Shown here: positions 7,789-22,743 of the stretch, piece by piece | How the letters are laid out: each line of letters begins with the position of its first letter | How positions within the stretch are numbered: position 1 is the first letter of the stretch | Notes under the pieces: model-generated | Database searches by the model: none | The model's input: the letters and a program-made list of their open reading frames with translations, nothing else | What the model was told of the DNA's origin: nothing | Position numbers and translations under genes: made by a program | NCBI RefSeq assembly: GCF_001194135.2 | Contig: NC_068983.1 | Coordinates: forward strand, 4,521,683 to 4,569,306 | Source: Octopus bimaculoides | Taxonomy: Eukaryota | Length of the DNA stretch: 47,624 bases | Direction: 5' to 3'

Positions 7789-10700
7789 TTAACGTCCATT
7801 GTCCATGCTGGCATGGGTTGGACGGTTCAACTGGGGCGTCTGGGAAGCCAGGAGGCTGCACCAGGCTCCAATCTGATCTGGCAGTATTTCTACAGCTGGT
7901 TGCCCTTCCTAACGCCAATATATTGAATAAATAGGTTACAGTAAATATAGACATGTATAACTATGAAGCTTTCAAGCAACAAATGGCTAAAACCCTCACC
8001 ATATCCCCTAATCTGCTGTGGAAAAATTCCGACCACTCCCCTCCCCCCCAAGTAACTAAAATTGGACGACTGACACATTGCTATAAAACAAAGAACTGTG
8101 AGCAATTGATGGCAAGCAGTTCAGTGTGAGCTGTTGACAGAGAATGTTTAACCTCATGTAGTAGTAATCATATTGTGTCATGTGAATACTTTCTTTCCCC
8201 TTGCTTCATTAAATTATTTCTCTGACACTAGGATACAAACGTGGCAGTGAGTTGTTTGAAACTTGTGCTGGACATTTAGAATATTTCTTTTGTATGAAAC
8301 CAAAGAAAAATTCGTTTTAACATGGAAGACTTATTGGCCTCCGTGGTGCAGTTGCAACGACAACAGCAACTACAAAACCAACAGTTGCTGGAATTAATGT
8401 TGAAGAAGTCTGAAAATACTTCAGGTTTGTACTTGCCAGACAACATGGCAAACTCAGTTGAAGAATTCAATTATAATCCAAAAGAAGGGATTATATTTCC
8501 AAAGGTACAAAGAAATCTTCAAAGGAAGAATGTAAAAATTGGTCTGACGAGAAAAAAAGTACAACTGCTTTTCAGTAAGTGATAAGTGAGATTTGTTTTG
8601 ATGAAACAATATTTTATTGAAAATTTTCAGTGAAAGTAGTTCCCTGTTCAATACTCACTGGAAATGTTTGAATTTGGTTAAAAAAGATGAAGATTTCATC
8701 ACTTTATGCTGGGGTTGTTAACAGAGAGTGTGAAAATTTCAAATGAAATGAATTAACCCTAGACATGTTCAAAAGTCTAATTTTTGTTCAAGGACTTACT
8801 GAAAGCAAAGATGCAGATATACGTTCCCAGATATAAACAAAATTAGAACAGGATCAAAAACTGACTCTACAGACAGTAGCAGAAGAATGCGAGAGGATTG
8901 TAAATTTAAGACATGACAAAGATAAAATTGAAGGAAAAGATTGCTCTCACATTCATGCATGTCAACTGGTAACAGATAAGAAAAAAGAGAAAGAATGCCA
9001 AAACTGAATCTATGTTATGGTCTACATTCTAAAAGGAATTGTCTGTTTTGAAATATAAAATGCTTCAAGTGCAGTAAGATAGGTCTTAAAAAATCACATA
9101 AACAGGTTATCGGGGCCAAGAGATACGAATGAGCCTCAAAGAAAATGTGTGTGTGTAGAAATTAATAACACAAATGTAAAGTTACAATTGAATACGGGCA
9201 GTGATAGCTCGGTAATTAATACAAATACATGGGAAAAATTCAGGAGACCTTCATTAAAATAAACTTTGAAAATTGCACGTGATGCTTCAGGATAAAAATT
9301 ACATTTTAAGGGTGAAATGTTAAATGATATTATATTTTGTGGGAAAACCTTAAAAGCCAAAGTTTTTATGCTGAATGATATGATAAATTTATATATTATA
9401 TAAAGTGCATAAGTGTAATTCCGTGAAATATTCATGCTTATTTATGTGACAGATATATGCAATTTAATTAAAGGTTGTATCATATGTACGGGACATCTTT
9501 TTTTTGTTTATGGGGGAAATAGAAAAATATGAGTGAATATTTATGAGCGCTGTGTATTAAGTCTATAAAACTGTAATATAAAGTGTATATATGTATATAT
9601 ATATATATAAAGTGCATTAAGTAATCATTGTATTCCAATTTCTTTCACTTTTCAATGAGCAGCAGATGAGTGACTATCTTTTGGGATAAATTTTCCAGGA
9701 ATAACCCAACAGGTTTACTATTAATTTCGCGAAATATTCACAAGTCCCGCTAGTTATGAATATTTGTATAGTGGACATGTTTTGTGCAAGGCCAGTCTCA
9801 CCCTCTCGTCCTTCAAATTTGTATAGTTTGGGTGCATCAAGTGTCAGAAGCCCAGTGGTTATCAAGAAGCAGGACTTGTATGGAGTTACCTTCTCTTGGC
9901 TAAAGAGCTGAAAGGCTTCATCTACCTTGGGCCCAGTGGGGTACCTGTGAGTGACCTTCTACCAGAGATAATTCCATGACATGTTAATTAACCCAAAACT
10001 GGGACCATCACAGGTTTTACTAGCTCTGGGTCAGAGTAGACCGGAGAACAACGGCGGCCAAGAGAGGGTTCCACACTCTTTCAAACCCTGTAGTTCCTGA
10101 ACCAGGGTCCCACTGCTGGATGCAGGTGAAAGTCACCCAATAATGTGTGTGTGTGTGTGTGTGTACACAATATAGTCACAGGCATGACTATAGGGTAAGA
10201 AATTTGATTCCCGACCACATAGTTCCAGGTTCAATCCCACTGAATGACACCTTGGGCAAGTCTCTTCTACAATAGACTCAGACCGACCAAAGCCTTGTGA
10301 GTGGATTTGGTAGATGGAAACTGAAAGAAGCATGTCATACATACATATTTATACACACACATATCTATGTATGTGTGTCTTTATCTGTCATCCCACCACT
10401 TGACGACTGGTGTTGATGTGTTTACACCGCTGCAACTTAGCGATTCGGCAAATGAGTCCGACAGAATAAGTGCCAAGATTTAAAACAAAATAAGTAGTGG
10501 GGTCAATTCATTTGACTAAAAATTCTTCAAGGTGGTGCCCCAGCATGGCCACAGTCTAATGACTGAAACAAGATAAAAGAGAGAAATCTTTTGCATATAA
10601 CTGCAGACCAAATTATTGAAAATGGAATCAATCTGGAATCAATCTGGATTTCAGAAACTCTTTCAGAGGAAGATCTCACTTGGTCAGAATTATTAACCCA

Positions 10701-13700
10701 AAACCCGAGCTTTCCATTTGTTTTCTATATTTGGTAAAATCTGTTATTAAGGTGATAATGTTATAAGGTGAGGTTGTAATAAAGACACACAGCATAAAAA
10801 TCAATCATCTATTTATGGAAATCAATCACTTCTTTATTGATGGAGGATTTTAAACTGTTTCATCTTCTCAATATTCATCATTGGTAAAAATCAATAACCA
10901 AACACTTAAAAATCTTCAACAAAAACTATATTTCTTTGTCAAGTGATTCTAACAACAAAAAATTGAAGAATTTTATTATCATTATGGAATCGAACTCGGA
11001 ATCTTGGGGTTGGTAGCCTGCGCTCTTAACCACTACGCCATATGCCAATTATGGAGTGAATTTTAGGGCTTATAAATTTAATAATAAGGATTTCTTTTTC
11101 TTTTTTTTGGGGGGGGGGGGGTTATGTAGGCAGAAGTTCAGATATTTTAGTACTGAAGGATGAGTGGCTAAGTCCACCTCAGCAGGATCAGCAATCAGAA
11201 TGTGAAGAACTGTAAAAAAAAAAGTATTTTTTTCTGCCACTTTAATGATTCTGCCTAATTAATCAGCCCCAGGCATGAGAGTGTGGTTAAGAATTCACTT
11301 GAGGTTCGATCTTACGGGACAACTTGTTATGCAGATGTTTATCTACCGCAGGACCAGATGATGGTGTTAAACCAGACGAGAGATTAAAGTCAATGGAGAA
11401 ACAGGAATGGTTCTGCCAATGGGCTGCCACTGTGTTTCTGTTGACTAAATTTCACTCTCAAGGCTTTTTTGATAGAAAACCTTGCCCAAAGTTTAGTACT
11501 TTGGGAAAGTTTTTAAATACAAAGAATCATGATGCGAACTTCTTAACCACACAACCATGGCCTACACCAGTGGTTCCCAGCCCGTGGTCTGCGAAGGTAT
11601 TACTGAGGGTCTGTGGAAAAAATTCAAAATTTCATATATATACATGTACATAAGGATATGCATATTAAAAGGGGACGGTGGGAAAACTCATTTAAATAAA
11701 AGGGATCCCTGCGAGTGAAAAAGTTTTGGAACCACTGGCCTACACATTTAGGGTTGGGGAAAAGACATGCAATAATGATGATGATGATGATGATGCTCAT
11801 GAGCAGGTGGGGGAATTACAGGTGACTTACAGATCAGTTTTTCACTGACCCCAATTTCTCTCTAAATAAGTTATTGCTAGAAGGAAAAGAAAAAGGAAGA
11901 TAAAACAAAAATTATTTAAGAAAAAATTATATAAAAATAAAAATAAAGTAATTTGAAGCCATACCTCTCCATACTGTGAAAGCCTTTATGTAAATTAACA
12001 CCAATTTTGAGGTAATATTCTAAGACATGAGCACTACCAGAAAGTAAAGACACCTGCACAGGTGAGCGTTTTTTGTAATCTCGTACTTGAATTGAAGCAC
12101 CAGCTGAAAAATAAATAAATAAATTTTAACAGATGTCGCAGGCATGGTTGGGTGGTGACGAATCTCATTTTGTAATCCCATGGCTCTGAGTTCAATCCCA
12201 GTGCACAACTCCTTGGGCAAGTGCCTTCTTCTATAGTCCTGGACTGACAAATGCCTTGTGAGTAAATTTGGTAAATGGAAACTGAAGAAGACCTGTCCTC
12301 CACAGCAGAAGTGTTACAACCGCATCTCCTGGTAAAGAGGGATGCAACCTGCATGAGTCCTGTGCCAGTGCCATGGGAAAAGCACTCATGCTGGTGCCAA
12401 GTAGAGGACACTATGGCGGTACCATGTAAAAGCACTTGTGTTGTTGGCAAGTTTGAATGCACCTAGCACATACTGTAAGTGTGGTTGGCATGTTAGGAAG
12501 GGAATCCAGCCATAGAAACTAAGCCAAGTTAGACAGGAGCCTGGTGCAGCTCTCCAACTTGCCAGCTCTGGTCAAACCATCCAACTCATGACAGCATGGA
12601 AAATGGACACTAAAGGATGATGATGATGATGACACACACTACTTAACAACCGGTGTTGGTTTGTTTATGCCCCATAACTTAGTGTTTCAGCAAAAGAGGC
12701 TGACAGAACAAGTACCAGACTTAAAAAATAAATCTTGGGGCCAATATGCTTGACTAAACCCTTCATGGCAGTGCCCCAACATGGCTACAGTCCAATGTCC
12801 CAAACAAATAAAAAGATAACCAGAACTTCCTGCAAAACATTCTATCGGTCACTCAAAGACATTCTGCTAATCTGCTGCCAGCCAATGGCCATAAGTAGAA
12901 CACTAACACTTGAGAATGATTACAGTAGGATGTTTAAAGCAGAGCACTATTGATCTCGCTCTGGACAGTTTGAATGTTGCTAGTGATACAAATGTACTGT
13001 TAAACATGGAGAATTAGTCCACTGGTCTCTGGTGAACTATTCTATTTTTAGCTCTCTACAAATAGACATCATTCCCGCTCCATGGTTGCATAATTCATGT
13101 GAGTAAAAAGTCACTCAACAGTAAAATATAGATATGCCAACAAGTCTCAGAAAATGTTGGAATTATCTCTTGTCTAAATTAACATCAACAATAGATTGCT
13201 GGCATGTAATATATTGGAACGAATATATATTCACAGAACAAGGGTTGGAATGAATATATATTCACAGAACAGTGGTTGGAACGAATATATATTCACAGAA
13301 CAGGCATTATATATATTCACAGAACAAATATATATTCACAGAACAAATATATATTCACAGAACAAATATATATTCACAGAATGCTGGTATTCTTTTATAG
13401 GATCAAATGTCTTTTTGATGTAGAGAAAATCTAAGACAGTGAGCTGGCAGAACTGTTAGCACAGCAGACAAAATGCTTAGTGGCATTTCATCTGCCTTTA
13501 TGTTCTAAATTCGAATTCCACCAAGGTAAACTTTTCCTTTCAGGGGTCAATAACATAAGTACCTGTTGAACATTGGGGTTGATGTAATCAACTTAACCTT
13601 TTGCTTTTTTGTCAACATTTTGAATCCCAATATAAAACAAACCATTGTTGCTGAGTTGTTTTTATTAAGATAGAGGCAGGCAAAGTGTGTTCATGAATTA

Positions 13701-16091
13701 ACATTCCATTTGTTAATGTCGTTAAATAATTTACAAGTTAAAAGGACATTTGGTATTTATCTGCCATGATCTTGATGTCTCACTTTAATAAAAGACAACC
13801 AATGAAGGGTGAATGAAGAGGGTGAAGTAAAAGAGTCATCATCATCATCATCATCATTTAACGTCCGCTTTCCATGCTAGCATGGGTTGGACGATTTGAC
13901 TGGAGACTGGTGAAACCAGATGGCTACACCAGGCTCCAATCTGATTTGGCAGAGTTTCTACAGCTGGATGCCCTTCCGAACGCCAACCACTCCAAGTGTG
14001 GAATGGGTGCTTTTTTACGTGCCACCAGCATGAGGGCCAGTACGATGGTACTGGCAATGGCCATGCTCAAATGGTGTTTTTTATGTGCCACCTGCACAGG
14101 AGTCAGTCCAATGCTTTGTTCACATGCCACCAGCACAAGTGCCAGTAAGGCGAAGCTGGCAAAAATGTACAAGTTGATGAAACATGGTTATATGAAGGAT
14201 AGAAATGTGGTGGCCATTGTTGGCTGGGCCTTTTGACTTGCTTCAGTCATCAGAGAGTGGCCATGCTGGAGCACTGCCTTGAAGAATTTTTAGTCAAATG
14301 AATCGACCCCAGTAATTATATTTTTTTCTAAAGCCTGGTATTTATTCTATCAGTAGAGATGTAAACACACCAACACCGGTTATCAAGCAGCAGGGGGAGG
14401 GACAAACACACACANNNNNNNNNNNNNNNNNNNNNNNNNNNNNNNNNNNNNNNNNNNNNNNNNNNNNNNNNNNNNNNNNNNNNNNNNNNNNNNNNNNNNN
14501 NNNNNNNNNNNNNNNNNNNNNNNNNNNNNNNNNNNNNNNNNNNNNNNNNNNNNNNNNNNNNNNNNNNNNNNNNNNNNNNNNNNNNNNNNNNNNNNNNNNN
14601 NNNNNNNNNNNNNNNNNNNNNNNNNNNNNNNNNNNNNNNNNNNNNNNNNNNNNNNNNNNNNNNNNNNNNNNNNNNNNNNNNNNNNNNNNNNNNNNNNNNN
14701 NNNNNNNNNNNNNNNNNNNNNNNNNNNNNNNNNNNNNNNNNNNNNNNNNNNNNNNNNNNNNNNNNNNNNNNNNNNNNNNNNNNNNNNNNNNNNNNNNNNN
14801 NNNNNNNNNNNNNNNNNNNNNNNNNNNNNNNNNNNNNNNNNNNNNNNNNNNNNNNNNNNNNNNNNNNNNNNNNNNNNNNNNNNNNNNNNNNNNNNNNNNN
14901 NNNNNNNNNNNNNNNNNNNNNNNNNNNNNNNNNNNNNNNNNNNNNNNNNNNNNNNNNNNNNNNNNNNNNNNNNNNNNNNNNNNNNNNNNNNNNNNNNNNN
15001 NNNNNNNNNNNNNNNNNNNNNNNNNNNNNNNNNNNNNNNNNNNNNNNGCTGGAGCACCGCCTTTAGTCAGATAAATCGCCCCCAGAATTTATTCTTTGTA
15101 AACCTAGCACTTATTCTATCGGTCTCTTTTGCTGAACCGCTAAGTTACAGGGACGTAAACACACCAACATTGGTTGTCAAGCGATGGTGGGAGGGGACAA
15201 GCACAGACACACAAACATACACACACACACATATATATACGATGGGCTCCTTTCAGTTTCCGTCTACTAAATCCACTCATAATGCTTTGGTTGGCCTGAG
15301 GCTATAGCAGAAGACACTTGCCCAAGGTGCCACGCAGTGGGACTGAACCCGGAACCATGTGGTTGGTAAGCAAGCTACTTACCACACAGCCACACTTGCG
15401 CCTATATTGCAAAAAGAGAGATGGAGAGGGGGAGTGTCTGTTGGTCCTTCTGATTCTCTCAGGCCATCGATGTAATCAATGTTCAATCAGAACCTCTAAA
15501 ATATTGGGTGTTGCAGGATGAATAGTGGGGTACGTGGAGTAGATATATTGTGATGTTTGGTTTGAATTTTGTGTAGAGATTCTGAGTACAAGGCTGTACC
15601 ACAGGATATGTGTTGGTGTTGTATGTTAATATGATAACAAGTTTACTGTGTACAGTACTCAGGTGTACCACAACTTGTTGGAAAAGAACAAAAGAGAGGA
15701 CGGAAAACAAATATATAAATCATATAAATAAAGAAAGCAATGATAATAAAAATACATGCATAAGAATAACAAGAGAGAAGAGTGAACGTTTAAAGAGGAA
15801 CCATTGAGAGGAAAGGGTGCAGAGACATTTTCAGGAATCATGCTGGTGTATTTTGGGAAGAATGGAATTTTTCAAGAAGGATGCTATGTCCTCTTGATGC
15901 TGTGTGTTGATCTTGGTGTTGGGTGGTGTATTTTGGCATTGCTAAACAGGACAAAACTATTGGGTTCCCATTACTAGATGCTTTCAAAGTTTCGATTCCT
16001 AAGATTTATGGTTGCCTGGCGAGAAGTATTTTGGGTTTTATGTGGACAAGTTAACTGAGGTAATTGCATTCCTCTCTGGGTGAAGGTGAAG

Positions 16092-16137
<46 letters not shown>

Positions 16138-17554
16138 GTGGAGGGGAGACATGGAAGGATAGGATAAGGGTGGTTAATGCTTCAGCACGAATCAAACAGG
16201 ATGATTAACTGTCAGAGTGAAACTTGATCCAACCTTCTCGTCAGTATATCCCATACTATAATCTATCTATATTCCACACATGATTAACAAAGATATTTAT
16301 AAATATCAGAGAAAAATAACTGCACAGAGTGCATTGTTAAGTGCAGGACTTTGGTAAAGAGAGAGAGTGGAAAGGGGGAGTGTGCGTTAGGGGAAGACAG
16401 GGTGTAGCAGGGTAAATGGTGAGGGTGGTTTACAGTAGGTATGTTCTGAACGGAATAACTAACACCACAGCCAATGAAATCTAGAATCGTTACGATAAAG
16501 GTAAGGCTTCATGCATTAGTAGATCAATTATTGAGATAATTATAAATAAACAAGCCAACGTAAGTAGCTTGTATGTGGATGCTCAGTTAGCTAGAAATAG
16601 CTGTCACATCTTCCTTAAATTGCCCTCCACTGTATTAAAGAGAAAAAAAGAATGGATACATTAGATAATGCAGTGCTAGATGTCTGAGCAAGAAAAGAAA
16701 ATGATGGTTACGAAGATAAGTTTATTGAAACATGGCTGAACTAGAGCTAAACAACAACACAAGGTATGTGTATATGAGAGGGGGAGATGATGAGAGAAGG
16801 AGAGAGAGAGAGATGATGAGAGAGAGAGAGATGGGGGGAGAGGGAGAGAGAGATGGGGAGAGAGGGAGAGAGAGATGATGAGAGAGGGAGAGAGAGATGA
16901 TGAGAGAGGGAGAGAGAGATGGGGAGAGAGAGCAAGAATGGAAAACACAAGTGTTTGCTTTTTATGCTTCACCTGAAGGAAAACAAAAAAGATAAGACGT
17001 CATCACCCACCACTCAAGACACTTCACCCATGCCCACCACCACCGACTGGAACTACAGACGGTTTATTGCAATTAATCATAATCAAAATAATCAATCAAG
17101 ACAGACTAATTAAGAGTTAATAAAAGCATACGATCGTGTAAACAATCTTATAAACTGAACTCAATCATTAAACTTAATTAGAGCTAAGATTTAATTAAGA
17201 TGTTGTCGTTGCTGTTTAGCCTACAATCAGTCCTGACAGCAGAACTACAAGTAAAAGTATTCCAGCCACGCCCATCATGTTTGTTTTTTATATATACACA
17301 TATATACACATACATATATACATTGTGTATTTAGAACTAGATCATTCAATGCGCTCTTTTACTTGTTTCAGTCATTTGACTGCGGCCATGCTGAAGCACC
17401 GCCTTTAGTTAAGCAAATCGACCCCAGGACTTATTCTTTGTAAGCCTAGTACTTACTCTATCGGTCTCTTTTGCCGAACCGCTAAGTTACGGGGATGCAA
17501 ACACACCAGCATCTGTTGTCAAGCGATGTTGTGGGGACAAACACAGACATACAA

Positions 17555-17596
<42 letters not shown>

Positions 17597-18688
17597 GACG
17601 GGCTTCTTTCAGTTTCCATCTACCAAACCCACTCATAATGCTTTGGTCGGCCTCAGGCTATAGTAAAAGACACTTGCCCAAGGTGCTACACAGTGGGACT
17701 GAACCCAGAACCATGTGGTTGGTAAGCAAGCTACTAACCACACAGCCACTCCTTTACATTTCTTTCAGACAGCAGGGTGTAGTTTAAGAGGGATAAGGCT
17801 GCTATTTCTAGTGGGTTGAGCATCCATATAGAGGCTTAGAATTAACCTATAATTACAGTTAGGTTCTATGGGGGGTGAATATTTTGGCAATGACAAAAAT
17901 ATAAATCACAACATGTCTGCAAAGTGGTTTGCATAAGGAAGGGCATCCAGGTGTAGAAAGCTTGCCAGAGCAGACATTGGTATACGATGCTCATCCGATC
18001 TTGTCAAGCCATCCAAATCATGCCAGCATGGAACATGGATTCTAAATGATGAGGAAGATTATATGTGTGTGAGTGTGTGTGTAGGCGTGGCTGTGTGGTA
18101 GGAAGCTTGCTTCCCAACCACATGGTTCTGAGTTCAGTCCCACTGCATGGCACCTTGTGCCTGGAGTACAAAAGGAAGTTTAATGCAACACAATCAACTG
18201 TTGGGATCTAAGTTAAGACTTCATGTAATGATGTCACAGTTAGATAAAAACATAAACCAGGCCTCCTGACTTGTAACCATGTGGTTTTGGGTTCAGTCCC
18301 ACTGGATGGCACCTTGGATAAATGTTTTCTATTATAGCCACAGGGCTGACTAATGTCATGTGAATGAATTTAGTGGATAGAAACTGTACAAAGCCTGTTG
18401 TGCGTGTGTGTGTGTGAGTCCATGTCAGTGGTTACATTCTGCACTGAGCTGAGCTACGGATGGTGCCATTTGCTTACATTTTCCTTTCAACGAATTGTCC
18501 AGTAGCTCTGCACTTTCAACAAAAGACAAACAGATTAAAAAATCTTCCTGACTTGTAAAGCGAGGGTTAGTAACAGGAAGAGCATCCAGCTGTCAAATAA
18601 TGTCTCAATAATATGTATTCTTCTGACCCATGCCAGTACAGAGAAAGGGATGTAAAATTAACAAACAAACAAATGAATGGGTATGTGT

Positions 18689-18719
<31 letters not shown>

Positions 18720-20183
18720 CATACATATGTATGTGTATATGTTTGTGCCTCCTTGGCTTGACATAGTATGGTATTTATAAAGAAGTATTACTGTCATGCA
18801 ATCTTCCATGAAAACATGTCTGGCCATAGAGAAATATTACTTTGCTTGGGAACAGGTGAGTGTTGGCAACAGGTAGGGCATTCATCCATAGAAAATCTGC
18901 CTCAACTAATTCAGTCCGTCCTATGTAAGCATAATAACGTAAACACCAAAATGATGATCACACACAGGTGTAAATGCACACACACAAATACAACAGTTGA
19001 ACGACAGCACAACAACATACCTTTGAGAAGTAACTGTGTCGACTGAAGACAGTTTTTGGATGCCATAATATGCAGAGGTGTATTCTGGTACATATCACAT
19101 TTGTTGCTGTCCCAGCCTTTGTCTAGCAAGTGTTCCAAGATGTCTCTGAAATCTGAAAGCAACAACAAAGATTAAGGCCATTGCAACAAAAAATATGCAT
19201 CTTTGGGGGTTTGTTGAGTTTGTAAAGTGAGAAAAAGCAGATTTAGTGTTTTAACAATTTGTAGAAGGATACAACCCAAGAATGTGGAAAAAATGCTTAA
19301 CTGTCAGCGGGAAGTGAGGATGACTTTGGAGCCAGTACTACACTTTAACTAATTGGTTTAATGGGCCTACGTAGTCACGAGCAGACATTTAAATTCCTCT
19401 TCGCTTCACACACCCATGCTTGACTCAGCAGAAAATAAAGGATGTAACAACTGGAGCAAAGGGGGCAGTGGGGGGGGGGAAAGCAGCTGTACTGACAGTC
19501 AGCCGGTACACATTTACAGCGAAGAAGACTGGAACAAAATGACATGAAGTACCATGCACAAGGACACGACACACTGCTCAATCCAGGAAATGAACCCATG
19601 ACCTTATGATTGTAGAACCAACAGCCTAACCACCAGGCCATTCAATACTGATGAATAACTGAAGAACACCACAAGCATTTTGAAATCTTTAAGTTAGTGT
19701 CTGTAAAGAATGGCTGTTGGAAAAACTGGTGGTGACGGGGAGGGTGGTGGGGTGGAGATGGAATCTTAGGAAAATTTCTTTTTAAATTTCACTCCATCAG
19801 TTCTGTCAATGACTACTTACTGTTTATAAAAGAGGGAGTGGGGTTGATGGAGGTGGTGTGAGGAAGAGATAGAAATGATAGTGATGAGGGGTACTGTCCA
19901 TTCATAAAATTTGTTAGGTAGTCACCATTAAACTATAATCTATATCTATATTGATTTTTCTTTTGTTTCCTTATCGATTTCTCTAGTTATTGATTCCTGT
20001 AAATAAAATAACGAGTTGCTGTTGTTTAGCCCTAGGCAGAGTTAGATCAAGTAGACTTATGATCATATAGTGGTTCCCTTGTTGGCCCATAAAATATTGA
20101 GGCCTTAGACAAGTAACATGATGCACATACCCCACCATCAGCTTAACCACCGCCACTATTACAATCATCCTCATCCTTATCGC

Positions 20184-20217
<34 letters not shown>

Positions 20218-20232
20218 TTCATCATCATCATC

Positions 20233-20271
<39 letters not shown>

Positions 20272-22687
20272 TTCATCATCATGATTTTATGACCATCTTC
20301 CAGGCTGATATGGGTAGAATGGATCACCATGATTCAAGTCAGTTCTTTGAAGTCTCTTTGAGCCTAAACAGGTCGGGAGACTACATTTTGTTTAAACGAT
20401 TCATTTTGGAAATGGTTCCGATGCCTGGATGTCTTTCCAACCAGTTTTTGGAGCCTATTGAATGCATTTTCTTGTGGCAATGGCACTAAAGAGGCTGACA
20501 TGTCCTTAGACATACTAAAGGATCCTCTTGTCTCCAGACAATGTCTGTGTGGTTAGGTGATCGCAGGCACAGGCACAACCGTGTATTAAGAAGTTTGCTT
20601 CCCAACCATATGGTTCCAGGTTCAGTCTTACTGCATGGCACCTTGGGCCATTGTGTGTGTTTGTGCTTGCTCCCTTCACCAAATAATTCTTTCAAGAACT
20701 TACATAATTTGATGCCTTTGTAGTTGTCTCTACCCACCTCCCTCCCTGTTTAGTGCATCTCCTTTCCTCTTGTGACAATTTATTATGATACAGCTATACC
20801 AGTCATTGCGTGTGTCACCCCTCTGTACTACCTGACATCCTATACCAATAATTAGCACTTGACCTAATTTGCTAGACATTTTAAGCACTTTAACAACAAA
20901 GCTTTCCTACCCTGCTTTCATATCCTTAATGCATTTGCAAGTGTATATGTAAGTGTGCATCTGTGCACGTGTATGTTAAATTCAGGTTAATATTTTAAAG
21001 CTAGTTTAACCTTTCAACATTCAGATTTCTTCATCAAATGTAATGCTTATTGATCCACATAGTTTTTTAATTAATCATTCATTATCTGGTAGTCTTGAGA
21101 CTTCAATAATGGAGTTCTTTATTTTTGGACTGACATTGTAGGGTAGGTTAAGAGTCTGGTTTTGGCCAGTTTGAACATAAAAGGTGGAATATTTTGGCTG
21201 GATATGGCCAGTTTAAATGCTAAAGAATTAATAATAATAACCAAAGATTTAATAATAAGGTGACTCTATATTGAGAGAAGAGTTGAATTTATTGTGAAGC
21301 TCCAGTTATCTTGAACTTCACGATGTGTGTATGTGCGCGTAAATATATCCTGATTTGTAAAATAGTTACACTGCTTCTTTGTGTTTGGCATCAGCAAGAG
21401 CATCCACCAATGAAACACTAGCTTAAAATGTCTATGTCCACCTTGCTGGCATGACTTGGACGAGTCATTCTGATTGTGTGTGGATGATCTTGCCCTTTCA
21501 CCTTTCTGGGGTTGATTAAATAACTATCTGTAATTATACTGGAGGTGAATTCGGATTTCACTAATCCTCTTTTGCTTCAATTAACTCGTTATCAGAATAT
21601 TGAATATTGTCAAGGGATCAGCAAATTCATTAGTGTCAGTGGAATGAAAAAGCAGCGAGTATTTTCTGATGTGGTTGGTGTTAGGAAGGTCATCCAACCG
21701 AAGAAACTATGCCAAAGTATAGACTGGAGCTCAACATTGGATTCTGTCAAAACCATCTAGATCAGGGGTTCCCAACTGGAGGTTCCCGACCACCTGGGGG
21801 GTTGTTAAAGCCTTGGCAGTGGGGTCGCGTAGCCTTGCTAGAAGTGGCTTAAGATAATATTAATTTCAACTCATCAATTACATTTTTCATGCTCTGCTAA
21901 TAGTAGGGGGCCACATGGATTTCAAGCTTTTGGATAAGGGGTTGTGAGTGCAAAAAACATTGGGAACCGCTGACCTAGATGGATGCTAATGATGACGAAT
22001 TTTCGCACAAAGCAACAAATTTGGAAGATGGGGTATTGTTGATAATGTCAACCCCAGGACTTGATTGGATGTATATTTTATCAACCCTAACAGTGTCAGC
22101 TACAGCAGGATTTGAACTCGGAACATAGTCATTACCAAATACCAAAAGGTATTTTATTCCACATTTTTGCCAATCCATTTGCACTATCATAAGAAATCAT
22201 TATTTACTGTCCATTTTTTATACTGGCAGGGACTGGACAGATTGGACAGATTGATAGGATTCAGACAAGCCACAGGGCTGCATCAAACTCCAACGCCTGC
22301 TTGGTTTCTATGGGTCGATGCCTTTCCTAACCCTAACCACTTTACAGAGTGGATCAAGTATTTTTAATGTGGCACCAACACTAATAAGGTCGTCAAATAA
22401 CTTGCAAAACACAGTAGAGAAAGGAAAAGGAAAAAGCCTCATTGACTGAGTGGGGGAGAGTATCTGAGAGAGGGGGGAAGGCAGCTTTCTGACAAATGCT
22501 GGAAGTGGGGGTGGGGTGAAGTATGATAGAGGGACAAGCACAGATATACATTATTTACATTTGACAGATATTTGTCCTCATCTTGTTTGTTGTTAACGCA
22601 ACATTTCGGCTGATATATCCTCCAGCCTTCATCAGGTGTCTTAGGGAAATTTCAAACTTGGGTTCTCATTCCTAAGGTATTTTTCAA

Positions 22688-22743
<56 letters not shown>

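Noticed and set aside
8322-8582. 86-aa ORF as a host gene
   Set aside because: It is the start of the frameshifted Gypsy gag.
13215-13381. CRISPR-like appearance of repeated units (also 42525-42594)
   Set aside because: No unique spacers of uniform length, no cas genes, and a eukaryotic context.
15834-15860. LPKIH peptide suggesting a Penelope RT remnant
   Set aside because: A five-residue match only; the surrounding frames show no convincing RT motifs.
16973-16995. Strong minus-strand polypyrimidine-AG as an extra exon acceptor
   Set aside because: It leads into a GA microsatellite, and exons 4 and 5 already join in frame.
20118-20489. His-rich and Met-rich ORFs
   Set aside because: They are translations of a (CAT)n microsatellite; there is no splice or homology support.
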